From: Patescibacteria group bacterium
Lineage (GTDB): Bacteria > Patescibacteriota > Minisyncoccia > Sungbacterales > HO2-52-23
Assembly: GCA_038063315.1 (NCBI GenBank)
Contig: JBBTVI010000008.1
Coordinates: 1 to 62,159 of the forward strand
Length of the DNA stretch: 62,159 bases
Direction of reading: 5' to 3'
Positions within the stretch are counted from its first letter, which is position 1. Each line of letters begins with the position of its first letter. The translations under genes and the position numbers were made by a program. A model generated the notes under the pieces. It saw only the letters and a program-made list of their open reading frames with translations, made no database searches and had not been told where the DNA came from. This document shows, in pieces, positions 34,149-42,241 of the stretch.

Positions 34149-35120
34149 CTATGCCGCCGCAGGCGGCTGTTTGTCGCGTTTCTGGAGATAGGCGTATGCG
34201 GCGAGCGCGGCTTTGACCGCGTCTCCGGCTGAGATGTTGTTTTGCTTATACGGATCGTCGGTGATGTCACCAGCAGCGAATATGCCCGGAAGCGACGTGG
34301 ACGCGTGTTTGGAATCAATCACCACCTGTCCGTATTTATCCAGTTCCACCAGGTCTTTGACGATCTCAGAGTTCGGCACCGATCCAATCTCCACGAAAAC
34401 GCCTTCTACGTCCAGCGTTTTCGTCTTGTTCGTCGCGCGGTCCAGATAGTCGAGATGCTCCACAAATGTGCTGCCGCGGATTGTCTGTGTCGCGGCATTA
34501 AAGATGATCTCAACTTTTGGATCTTGCCGGATGCGCTCCTGGGTGACGGGATCGCCCTTGAGCGCATCGCCGTATTCCATGAGGTAAATTTTGGTCGCGT
34601 ACGGGATGAGATCAAGGGTTGCCTCAAGTCCGGCGTTGCCCCCGCCGACCACCACGACGCGCTTGCCGCCGAAAAGCGGCGCATCGCATGTGGAGCAGTA
34701 GGCAACCCCTTTGCCGTTGAATTTTTCCTCCCCGGGGACATTGAGTTTTCGGCGGCGGGCGCCGATCGCAAGAATGAGCGTCTTGCCCGTATACGTGCCG
34801 CAATGGTCGGTCTGGACCTCAAAATCATATTCGCGACCGCCGTTATTTTGCGCGGCAATTTTCCGCACGGCTGCGGCGCGTTCGGGCATGCGGACTTCTA
34901 CCATATCGGGAAAAGCGCGCGCGTGCTCCTCAAATTTCTTTGCGAGATCAAACCCGGAAATGGTTTTTTCGCCGATCCAGTTCTGGATATCGGCGGATAC
35001 TATGGACTGCCCTCCGAAGGATTCGGTGATGAGGAGGGTTTTTAATTGCTTGCGGGCGGTATAGACCGCGGCCGCGCATCCTGCCGGGCCGCCGCCCAGA
35101 ATAATGACGTCGTAGAGCAT
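34149..35120 (-). CDS. trxB: thioredoxin-disulfide reductase
   Basis: ILGGGPAGCAAAVY, redox CSTCDA, VVVGGGNAGLE, AAGDITD. Confidence 0.9.
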   Translation of the reverse strand: MLYDVIILGGGPAGCAAAVYTARKQLKTLLITESFGGQSIVSADIQNWIGEKTISGFDLAKKFEEHARAFPDMVEVRMPERAAAVRKIAAQNNGGREYDFEVQTDHCGTYTGKTLILAIGARRRKLNVPGEEKFNGKGVAYCSTCDAPLFGGKRVVVVGGGNAGLEATLDLIPYATKIYLMEYGDALKGDPVTQERIRQDPKVEIIFNAATQTIRGSTFVEHLDYLDRATNKTKTLDVEGVFVEIGSVPNSEIVKDLVELDKYGQVVIDSKHASTSLPGIFAAGDITDDPYKQNNISAGDAVKAALAAYAYLQKRDKQPPAAA

Positions 35121-35127
35121 GAAAAAA

Positions 35128-35159
35128 TCCCCCTTTAATTCCCCCTTTGATAAAGGGGG
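35128..35159 (-). promoter_or_regulatory. C5T3/A3G5 hairpin plus GGGGGA tract immediately upstream of trxB
   Basis: minus-strand sense: CCCCCTTTATCAAAGGGGG AATTAAAGGGGGATTTTTTC ATG. Confidence 0.35.
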
Positions 35160-35186
35160 AAATCACCTCTCTTTATGGGCGAGATG

Positions 35187-35420
35187 TCAGAGATTCAATA
35201 ATTCCTTGATCCGCGGCTGGTCGAATCCGATGGTGAGTTTGCCGTCTATGTCTATTACGGGAACGCCCATCTGGCCGGATTTGGCGATCATGGCGTCACG
35301 CGCGGCAGAGTCGGCCACAACATCCTTTTCGGTATAGGGGACGTTATTTTTATCAAAAAAGTCCTTCGCCATCTTGCAGTAAACGCAGGTCGGAGTTGTG
35401 TAGATGGTAACGTTGGCCAT
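35187..35420 (-). CDS. glutaredoxin/NrdH-like small redoxin
   Basis: 77 aa; TPTCVYCKMAKDFF (CxxC), GVPVI. Confidence 0.8.
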   Translation of the reverse strand: MANVTIYTTPTCVYCKMAKDFFDKNNVPYTEKDVVADSAARDAMIAKSGQMGVPVIDIDGKLTIGFDQPRIKELLNL

Positions 35421-35449
35421 GAAGATAGAGTAAAGAAACTATTCCCGGT

Positions 35450-35544
35450 GTCATTGCGAGCGCCCCGAGTCTGTCGAGGGCGCGTGCGGCAATCCAGGGT
35501 TTCTGCGTATGGATTGCTTCGTCGCTGCTGCTCCTCGCAATGAC
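35450..35544. repeat. REP-1 element, copy 7
   Basis: GTCATTGCGAGCGCCCCGAGTCTGTCGAGGGCGCGTGCGGCAATCC...GGATTGCTTCGTCGCTGCTGCTCCTCGCAATGAC. Confidence 0.9.
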
Positions 35545-35583
35545 GACTACGACGTGTTACGCTACCTTTAAGATATTCGTATT

Positions 35584-36339
35584 TTACTTCAATGCCGCGT
35601 CAATCGCTTGCTGGAAGACGCTGAAGGGCTGGGCGCCCGATATTTCCGTTTTGTTGACGTAGGAGGCCGGAGTGCCGCGGACGCCAAGGCGGATTCCTTC
35701 CTGATAGTCGTTTTCCACGGAATCGGCGATGGCTTTGTCGCCGAGGCAGCGCGTAAATTGCGCGTCGTTGAGTCCGATTTCGCGCGCAAGCGCCGTAAAA
35801 TCGAGCGTTACCAGTTCGGCCTGGCGGCTGAAAAGAAGATCATGGTATTTCCAAAATTGTCCCTGCGCATGCGCGCATTGGGCGGCGATGGCCGCGGGCC
35901 GCGCGCGTTTATGGATTTCGTCCAAAGGAAAATCGCGATAAATCAATTTCGCCTTTCCCGTCTTGATATATTGATCTATGATTTGGCGCTCGGCAGTGTC
36001 GAAAAATCTCTTGCAAAACGGGCATTGAAAATCGCTGAACTCGACAATGGTTACGGGCGCATTAGGATTGCCCAGGACCGGATCTTTCGGATCAGTGAGG
36101 AGTTCGTCCGTGATAACCGCGGCACCCGCCGCAGCCGCGCCTGACGGGGCTGGTGCCTGGGCCGACGGGGCCGGACCTTTGCCGTAATTGGAGTAGATAA
36201 TGGCTCCGGCAACTAACACCCCCGCGAGTAGAATGGAGCCGGGAATGGTCTTATTGGAAGACGTCCCGCTATCGCGCGGTTCGGGGCGCGGCCATGTTGT
36301 ATTGTGCTCTGTGGATTGTGTTGGTGTTGTATCGTCCAT
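35584..36339 (-). CDS. membrane-anchored DsbA-family thiol:disulfide oxidoreductase
   Basis: TM anchor; EFSDFQCPFCKRF (CxxC). Confidence 0.8.
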   Translation of the reverse strand: MDDTTPTQSTEHNTTWPRPEPRDSGTSSNKTIPGSILLAGVLVAGAIIYSNYGKGPAPSAQAPAPSGAAAAGAAVITDELLTDPKDPVLGNPNAPVTIVEFSDFQCPFCKRFFDTAERQIIDQYIKTGKAKLIYRDFPLDEIHKRARPAAIAAQCAHAQGQFWKYHDLLFSRQAELVTLDFTALAREIGLNDAQFTRCLGDKAIADSVENDYQEGIRLGVRGTPASYVNKTEISGAQPFSVFQQAIDAALK

Positions 36340-36350
36340 AATATGGAATT

Positions 36351-37583
36351 TTACGGCGCAATGGAGCTGATGTCAAATGCGTCGTCCCGAAGGGCGGAAG
36401 CGGCATCCCCGAGATGCGTTTGGCGCTCGATCAGGCGCGTCAAGGGAATTTTATCACGGAAGGCGTTGATCAGGAAAGCCCCGGCCAAAATATCGTCCTT
36501 GAGGAAAAAACGTTCGTATAAAAATTTATCCGGCGAGCGACGCGTCATGGTCGTCGTTCCTTCGGGGTTGCAGTCGCCGACCATTGTGATGTTCCATCCG
36601 AAGTTGGTAATGGTATAGGAGGGTATCGCGCGGAATTCTTGCTTATTCTTTTTATGTAGCATGTTGTGCCCCGCGATTTTTCCCTGCAGGACCGCGTTGG
36701 TCCAGTTCCCCACTCTGCGGCTCACGCGGGTAACGGGGTCCAAAAAATAGGCGATATCGCCAGCGGCAAAGACGTTTGGATGGTTGGTTTCTAAAAACGC
36801 GTCGGCGTTGACGCCGCCTGCAAAGTGTTCAATGTCGGATCCGGCAAGGAAAGCGACGTTCGGCTGAATGCCGATGCCGACGGCGACAGTGTTGGTTTTG
36901 AGCATGTCGCCCCGGCGCGTGGTGATGTCCGCGTCATCGTCCTGGACGATCATTTCTGCGATGCCGTCATTGAAATGAAGCGTGATGCCGCGGCGTTGGA
37001 GATGGTCGGCTATCATTGCGCCGCCTTCGTCGTCCAGGGCGGCGTCGAAATATCGCGACGCCTGAGAAAGAAGCGCGGGGGTAAGGCCGTTCTCGGCGAA
37101 AATTTCGAGAAATTCGAGCGCGATAAACGACGAGCCCACGACAACTGGCGTTCTCGCGCGGGGCATATTTTTGCGGATCCGGTCCGCGTCGTCAATGGTC
37201 TGGAGCCGGTAGATGACGGATTGGTCCTCCGCGTTGCCCCAGGGCATGACCCGGCCGCCGGATGCAATGAGGAGGGATGTCCAGTATGCTTTTTGGCCGC
37301 TTGCGAGCACGGTAACGCCGCGTATTGTATCAAGGGAGACGGCTTCTTCATTCATCAGAAGATCAATTCTTTTTTTGATGAAGTCGTCGGCAGAGCGCAA
37401 AAAAACCGCCTCGCGGTTCACGCGTCCCTTAAGATAGGAGGGCAGGAGGACGCGCGAATAGAGTGGATGCGGTTCAACCGAGACAATGCCGATTGTGGCG
37501 CGTTCGTCCCCGGCCCGTATGGTCTCGGCCGCGGTCACGCCCGCGACTCCACCGCCGATAATAAGATAGTCGTAGCGTTTCAT
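36351..37583 (-). CDS. FAD-dependent pyridine nucleotide-disulfide oxidoreductase family protein
   Basis: YDYLIIGGGVAGVTAAE, second Rossmann VVVGSSFIALE, AAGDIA. Confidence 0.8.
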   Translation of the reverse strand: MKRYDYLIIGGGVAGVTAAETIRAGDERATIGIVSVEPHPLYSRVLLPSYLKGRVNREAVFLRSADDFIKKRIDLLMNEEAVSLDTIRGVTVLASGQKAYWTSLLIASGGRVMPWGNAEDQSVIYRLQTIDDADRIRKNMPRARTPVVVGSSFIALEFLEIFAENGLTPALLSQASRYFDAALDDEGGAMIADHLQRRGITLHFNDGIAEMIVQDDDADITTRRGDMLKTNTVAVGIGIQPNVAFLAGSDIEHFAGGVNADAFLETNHPNVFAAGDIAYFLDPVTRVSRRVGNWTNAVLQGKIAGHNMLHKKNKQEFRAIPSYTITNFGWNITMVGDCNPEGTTTMTRRSPDKFLYERFFLKDDILAGAFLINAFRDKIPLTRLIERQTHLGDAASALRDDAFDISSIAP

Positions 37584-37593
37584 CTCCGCCGTC

Positions 37594-38697
37594 TTACGGC
37601 AAAAACATTTTTATTCCATCCCAAATGCGCGGGCCGTTTTTGAGGATGTCGTGGTATGTGGCAAAGAGCATGATGCTTGCGAGAAACGCGATGCCTCCGG
37701 CAAGGATCCGGCGCTCGGTGCTTTCGGAAAGGCGCGCGCCGCGGATTTTTTCGATTGCAAGAAAAAGCACCCATCCGCCGTCGAGAACCGGAATCGGAAG
37801 GAGATTGATGATGGCGAGGTTGACCGAGATAATTCCGGCAAACTGGAGGAAGTATGAGGCGCCGATCAGGAAAAGATCATAGCCGAAAAAAAATATTCCC
37901 ACGGGGCCGGAGAGTTCCGCAGGCGCGCGGCCCTCGGTAAAGATCGTCGCAATGAGCGAACCGAAACCCTGGAATGTGGCGATGGTCGTGCGATACAGGG
38001 TTTTTGCTCCCTCGATGGGCGCAAGATAGAGGGGCACGCGTTCAATGGTGAGGCGCGCGAGAGAAACGCCGAGCGGCCCTTCGCCTTCCGGCGGGGTTGC
38101 GCGCGGCGTGATAGCGATATTTGTTGTTGTTTCCCCTCGCGCAATGACGATGGTGATTTCTTCACCGCGGTAAGCATCCATGAATTCAATGACGTCTTCT
38201 TCGGTGTCCACGGCGATTGTCATATCGTCCGCGCGGAGCTCGCGGATGCGGTCGCCAAATCGGAGTCCGGCCTGCTCAGCCGGACTGTCGGGCGAGACCG
38301 CAATGATGGAGACGGGAACGGCGCTGTCGGTTTCGCCCGCAAGAGTCGGTATGCCGATGGCGGCCGATGCCGAAAAGAGAAGCCAGCCCGCGATGATGTT
38401 CATGGAGACGCCAGCCACAAGGATGACAAAACGCTTTCGCGCCGGTTGCGCGCTGAAACTCTGGGGATCATCGCTGACTCTTTTTTCCTCGCCGTACATG
38501 CGTACGAACCCCCCGAAGGGAAGAAGCCGGAGGGAATATTGGACGCCGTTACGAATGCGCGCGGTGAGAACTTTACCGAACCCGATGCTGAATTCCTCCA
38601 CGCGTACACCCATGAGGCGCGCGGCAAAAAAATGCCCGGCTTCGTGGACGAGAATGAGGAGGGCGATGAGGACAACGATGAGGAAAAATATGAGCAT
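37594..38697 (-). CDS. rseP: RIP metalloprotease RseP (M50 site-2 protease with PDZ)
   Basis: HEAGHFFAARL (HExxH), PDZ-like SPAEQAGLRFGDRI, NLLPIPVLDGG. Confidence 0.88.
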   Translation of the reverse strand: MLIFFLIVVLIALLILVHEAGHFFAARLMGVRVEEFSIGFGKVLTARIRNGVQYSLRLLPFGGFVRMYGEEKRVSDDPQSFSAQPARKRFVILVAGVSMNIIAGWLLFSASAAIGIPTLAGETDSAVPVSIIAVSPDSPAEQAGLRFGDRIRELRADDMTIAVDTEEDVIEFMDAYRGEEITIVIARGETTTNIAITPRATPPEGEGPLGVSLARLTIERVPLYLAPIEGAKTLYRTTIATFQGFGSLIATIFTEGRAPAELSGPVGIFFFGYDLFLIGASYFLQFAGIISVNLAIINLLPIPVLDGGWVLFLAIEKIRGARLSESTERRILAGGIAFLASIMLFATYHDILKNGPRIWDGIKMFLP

Positions 38698-38698
38698 A

Positions 38699-39454
38699 TT
38701 ATTGAGCCATTTTTTCTAAATTTTCCTTGAGGGTAAGGTAAAAAAGATATTCAATGTTCCCTTTGGAGCCGCGGATGGGAGATGGGGTTTGGCGGAGGAT
38801 TGTCCAATGATTCTCGCGGAGCCAGCCGGTGAATTGACGGAGCAGTTCGTCGCGGATGTCGTCGTTGCGAATGATGCCGCCCCTCAGATGCGCAGGATCG
38901 CGCGTCTCGTATTGCGGTTTGAAAAGCGCAAGGACGATTGTTTTTAAGGTGAAGAATTGCGCGCGCGCCAAATGCGCGAGGATGTGGCGGAGGGAGACGA
39001 GCGAGACGTCAATTGCGATAACGTCAATGGCGTCCTGCAGCGAGATGACGTCCCTGATGTCTGTTTTTTCCATGACGATCACTCTCGGGTCGCGTCGGAT
39101 TATGTCCGCGAGTTTTCCTCTTGTCGTGTCTACGGCATATACTTTTTTTGCGCCGCGTTGAAGCAGTACTTGTGTAAAACCGCCGGTGGCCGCGCCGACG
39201 TCCAGGCATATTTTGCCGTCGGGTGAGACGTGGAAACTATTCAGCGCATACGCGAGTTTTTCCGCTCCCCTGCCGACATTCGGGGGCAATCCGCGGACAT
39301 CAACGTGCGCGCCGTCCGGAATCATCTGACTGCCTGAGACGGCTTTTTGGCCGTTTGCGAGCACGCGGCCGGATGTGATAAGGACGAATGCGTTTTCCCT
39401 GTTTTTTGCCTGTCCTCTTGTGATGAGGATGTCGTCTAAACGCTGTTTGGGCAT
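38699..39454 (-). CDS. tlyA: TlyA-family rRNA (cytidine-2'-O)-methyltransferase
   Basis: S4-like RLDDILITRGQAKNRENA, FtsJ motif LDVGAATGGFTQVLL. Confidence 0.85.
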   Translation of the reverse strand: MPKQRLDDILITRGQAKNRENAFVLITSGRVLANGQKAVSGSQMIPDGAHVDVRGLPPNVGRGAEKLAYALNSFHVSPDGKICLDVGAATGGFTQVLLQRGAKKVYAVDTTRGKLADIIRRDPRVIVMEKTDIRDVISLQDAIDVIAIDVSLVSLRHILAHLARAQFFTLKTIVLALFKPQYETRDPAHLRGGIIRNDDIRDELLRQFTGWLRENHWTILRQTPSPIRGSKGNIEYLFYLTLKENLEKMAQ

Positions 39455-39465
39455 CCTTCTTTATC

Positions 39466-40008
39466 TTATACGGTCATTATTTCTTTTTCTTTGTTTTCCC
39501 GCAGCGCGTCAATTTCTTTGTTTACGGTATCAACGGATTTTTGGACACTCTCGCGCGCGCGGAATTTTTCATCCTCCGACATGTCGCCCGCTTTTTCGCG
39601 GCGGTCAATATTTTTCATCTCGTCTTCGCGGACGCGCCGGACCAGTATGCGCGCCTCTTCGGTCGCGGCACCGAGGAGTCGGACAAGTTCTTTGCGCCGT
39701 TCTTCGGTCAGCGACGGAATCGTAATGCGGATTTGCGTCCGTTCGGTGACGGGGTTGATGCCGAGGGGCGAGGTCTGAATCGCTTTTTCGATATTCTGTA
39801 CGACCCCTTTATCCCATGGTTGGATGAGGAGCTGGCGGGGCTCCGGGTTGGAAATGGCCGCAACGGCCTTCAGGGGTGTCGGCGTTCCGTAATAGTCAAT
39901 GACAATATCCTCAACAAGCGCGGGCGTTGCGCGCCCGGTGCGGAACTGTTGGATGCGGATTTTGAATTTATCCACGGCGTCTTTTAGTTGGTCGTCTATG
40001 CTTGCCAT
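39466..40008 (-). CDS. frr: ribosome recycling factor
   Basis: FRTGRATPALVEDI, ISNPEPRQLLIQPWD, IPSLTEERRKELV; start trimmed to MASIDDQL. Confidence 0.92.
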   Translation of the reverse strand: MASIDDQLKDAVDKFKIRIQQFRTGRATPALVEDIVIDYYGTPTPLKAVAAISNPEPRQLLIQPWDKGVVQNIEKAIQTSPLGINPVTERTQIRITIPSLTEERRKELVRLLGAATEEARILVRRVREDEMKNIDRREKAGDMSEDEKFRARESVQKSVDTVNKEIDALRENKEKEIMTV

Positions 40009-40049
40009 TGCTTTGAGTATAGCGGGTTGGCCCGCTTGGTGCAATGGCA

Positions 40050-41261
40050 TTACTCCCCGACCAGGGCAAAAAAGATGTCCGGCTGGAGCGGATGGACGAA
40101 GATGCGGCGGAGACCCGGGATGCCGGGGATTTGCTTATGCGCCCAGGTTTTGCCGCCGTCTTTTGTTTCGTGGAGCTGGCCGTTGGCAACGGCGAAGAGC
40201 GAACTGGAGTCGCGGGGGCTGACGGCAATGTCGCGGACATCAGGAGACGTGCCCGGCGGAATCAGAGTATCAATGGTTTTCCAGGTTTTTCCAGCATCCG
40301 CCGAATGGGAAATCCCGTTTGCGGATGTCGTATAGAGGGAGGTGAAGTCATCGGGATCGGCGATGATCCGCTGGCCCGTTGCTGGCGTGATGGATGCTCC
40401 GCCAAAGAGAGAATATTGGACGCGCGGCCGTCCCATTGCGGATTTTGCGAAGGTGGTGGTCACATCTTTCCATTTTTCTTCCGGTTTATCCGGCTGGTCG
40501 TTGGGCTCAAATATTTTTCCCTCCGCGGTCGTGATATACATTTGGTCGAAGTCATCCGGCGCCATAAAAAAATTGGTGATAGCGCCGCCAAACCATTTCT
40601 CAGTCGCCCATGTGCTGCCGCCGTCCGCGGTTTCAATGAGGCCGCCTTGTCCGGTGCCGATTCGGACATGATCGGAATCGTGCGGATCAACGGCGAGCGC
40701 CGGGATGCCGACCTCCGGGGCCGGAGTGAAGAAGACCTCGCGGAATGTTTGTCCCGCGTCAATGCTTTTCAGAACGCGGCCGCGATGATTCTGGAAGACC
40801 GCGAGATACACGATGCCCGGGCGCGACGGGCTGATCGCGATCCGATACACCGTGCTTGTGGCGCGGAGGCCATTTGGATCGTCGAGGGTATGCCGCCATT
40901 GGCTGCCCGCGTCGGCACTTTTCCAAAGTCCGGCGTCCTTTGTGCCGATGAACACGATACTCGGATCGGATGGGTGGAAAATGACATCAATAATCTGCGT
41001 AGCTCTGAGGAGCGCGAGGTCAGATGGCGTCGGAGACGGCGCCGGGGAACTCTTTTTGGCGGTTGGTTGAGCGGCGCGCGCATACGACCATGTTTGACCC
41101 TGATCGCGGGATCGGATGAGCAACGGTATGCGGTTATCCTCTGCTTTTTGCGTCTCCGGGTTTCGGTCATTCCCAAAGCCGCCGATGCCAAGCGCCATCG
41201 GAATGACGAAAAGAAGTATGATTCCAAGTATGAGAATACCGAGAAAGATTTTGGCTTTCAT
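40050..41261 (-). CDS. membrane-anchored BNR/Asp-box repeat beta-propeller protein (Ycf48/sialidase-like fold)
   Basis: six SxDxGxTW-type boxes (SRDQGQTWS, SADAGSQWR, SIDAGQTF, TADGGSTWA, SADAGKTWK, TKDGGKTWA). Confidence 0.75.
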   Translation of the reverse strand: MKAKIFLGILILGIILLFVIPMALGIGGFGNDRNPETQKAEDNRIPLLIRSRDQGQTWSYARAAQPTAKKSSPAPSPTPSDLALLRATQIIDVIFHPSDPSIVFIGTKDAGLWKSADAGSQWRHTLDDPNGLRATSTVYRIAISPSRPGIVYLAVFQNHRGRVLKSIDAGQTFREVFFTPAPEVGIPALAVDPHDSDHVRIGTGQGGLIETADGGSTWATEKWFGGAITNFFMAPDDFDQMYITTAEGKIFEPNDQPDKPEEKWKDVTTTFAKSAMGRPRVQYSLFGGASITPATGQRIIADPDDFTSLYTTSANGISHSADAGKTWKTIDTLIPPGTSPDVRDIAVSPRDSSSLFAVANGQLHETKDGGKTWAHKQIPGIPGLRRIFVHPLQPDIFFALVGE

Positions 41262-42240
41262 TTGTTTTCTGCGCCTCTGTCAGGAGAACCTCCATTGCGA
41301 GACGCCGGTTGATCGCCGTTCGATCCATCATGTGTCGTACGCTTTCAATGCGCTTGAGCGAGTCAGTAATAGAAATTATTTTACCATAAGATGAAAAATA
41401 TTGCAAGAGACGGGCGCGAAGAGACAAAATGACGTCCTCGGTCAGACGTCGCGTCTCGGCCGGGTCCTGCCAGACCGCAGCGGAAATCGCGAGCGCATCA
41501 AGCGTGTCGCCACTGAGCAGCAGAGAGATCTGTTTTGCACGTTGGGCCACGCGTTGTCGCTCTTTCGGATCGGTGAGAAAGGATATAAGTCGTCCGGGAC
41601 GGCCCGTTGCGTGGCGGACCGCCTCTTGGATGAGTTCGGGATCGGAGGCGTATTGTTTTGCCGATGAGGCAAGGATCGCATCGGGAACGAGGTGGAAATT
41701 GAGCGTTGCGGAGCGCGATGCAATAGTCGGAGGGATGGCGTCGGGTTGGCTTGTGGTGAGGAGAAAAAGCGTCCCCGGATGGGGTTCCTCAAGGGTCTTG
41801 AGAAGGGCGTTTGCCGCCTCGCGCGTGAGGCGTTCCGCCCCGTCGAAAATAAATACGCGCCACCGGCCCGCTGCGGCCATTATGGTTAGTTGCTTTCTGA
41901 TATTGCGGACGTCGTCAATGCTGATCGCAAACGATTTGTCCGGGACGGATTTTTTTGAGGCCTGGCTTTGGTCACTGCCGAGAACAATAACGTTCGGATG
42001 GACGGAACGCGCGATGCGGCTGCAATCCGGACAGAGTTTCTTTGCTTTTTCGAGACCCCCCAAATGGCAGACAGACAAAATCTTATCACCATGCTCGCAA
42101 TAAAATGCTTGCGCGAGCGCCAGCGCAACTTTATGCTTCCCGATGTGCTCCGGTCCGTGAAAAAGATACGCATGCGCGAGCTTGCCGTTTTTTCGAACCC
42201 GTTCCAGATACGCAATTTGCCGTTCGTGCCCGATGAGCAT
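41167..42240 (-). CDS. holB: DNA polymerase III subunit delta'
   Basis: LAHAYLFHGPEHIGKH, Cys cluster, LLKTLEEPHPGTLFLLTT; start trimmed to MLIGHERQ; 3' end overlaps next gene by 95 nt. Confidence 0.75.
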   Translation of the reverse strand: MLIGHERQIAYLERVRKNGKLAHAYLFHGPEHIGKHKVALALAQAFYCEHGDKILSVCHLGGLEKAKKLCPDCSRIARSVHPNVIVLGSDQSQASKKSVPDKSFAISIDDVRNIRKQLTIMAAAGRWRVFIFDGAERLTREAANALLKTLEEPHPGTLFLLTTSQPDAIPPTIASRSATLNFHLVPDAILASSAKQYASDPELIQEAVRHATGRPGRLISFLTDPKERQRVAQRAKQISLLLSGDTLDALAISAAVWQDPAETRRLTEDVILSLRARLLQYFSSYGKIISITDSLKRIESVRHMMDRTAINRRLAMEVLLTEAQKTNESQNLSRYSHTWNHTSFRHSDGAWHRRLWE

Positions 42241-42241
42241 A

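Noticed and set aside
40044-41312. 422-aa plus-strand ORF, and similar long ORFs at 12781..13665, 61058..61969, 50086..51105, 32285..33076, 34242..35045, 36825..37643, 2294..3046, 59879..60595 and 20157..20780
   Set aside because: All lie antisense to or out of frame with genes that have clear family signatures. Their translations are Arg/Gly/Ala-rich and low in complexity, as expected for shadow ORFs in GC-rich coding DNA.
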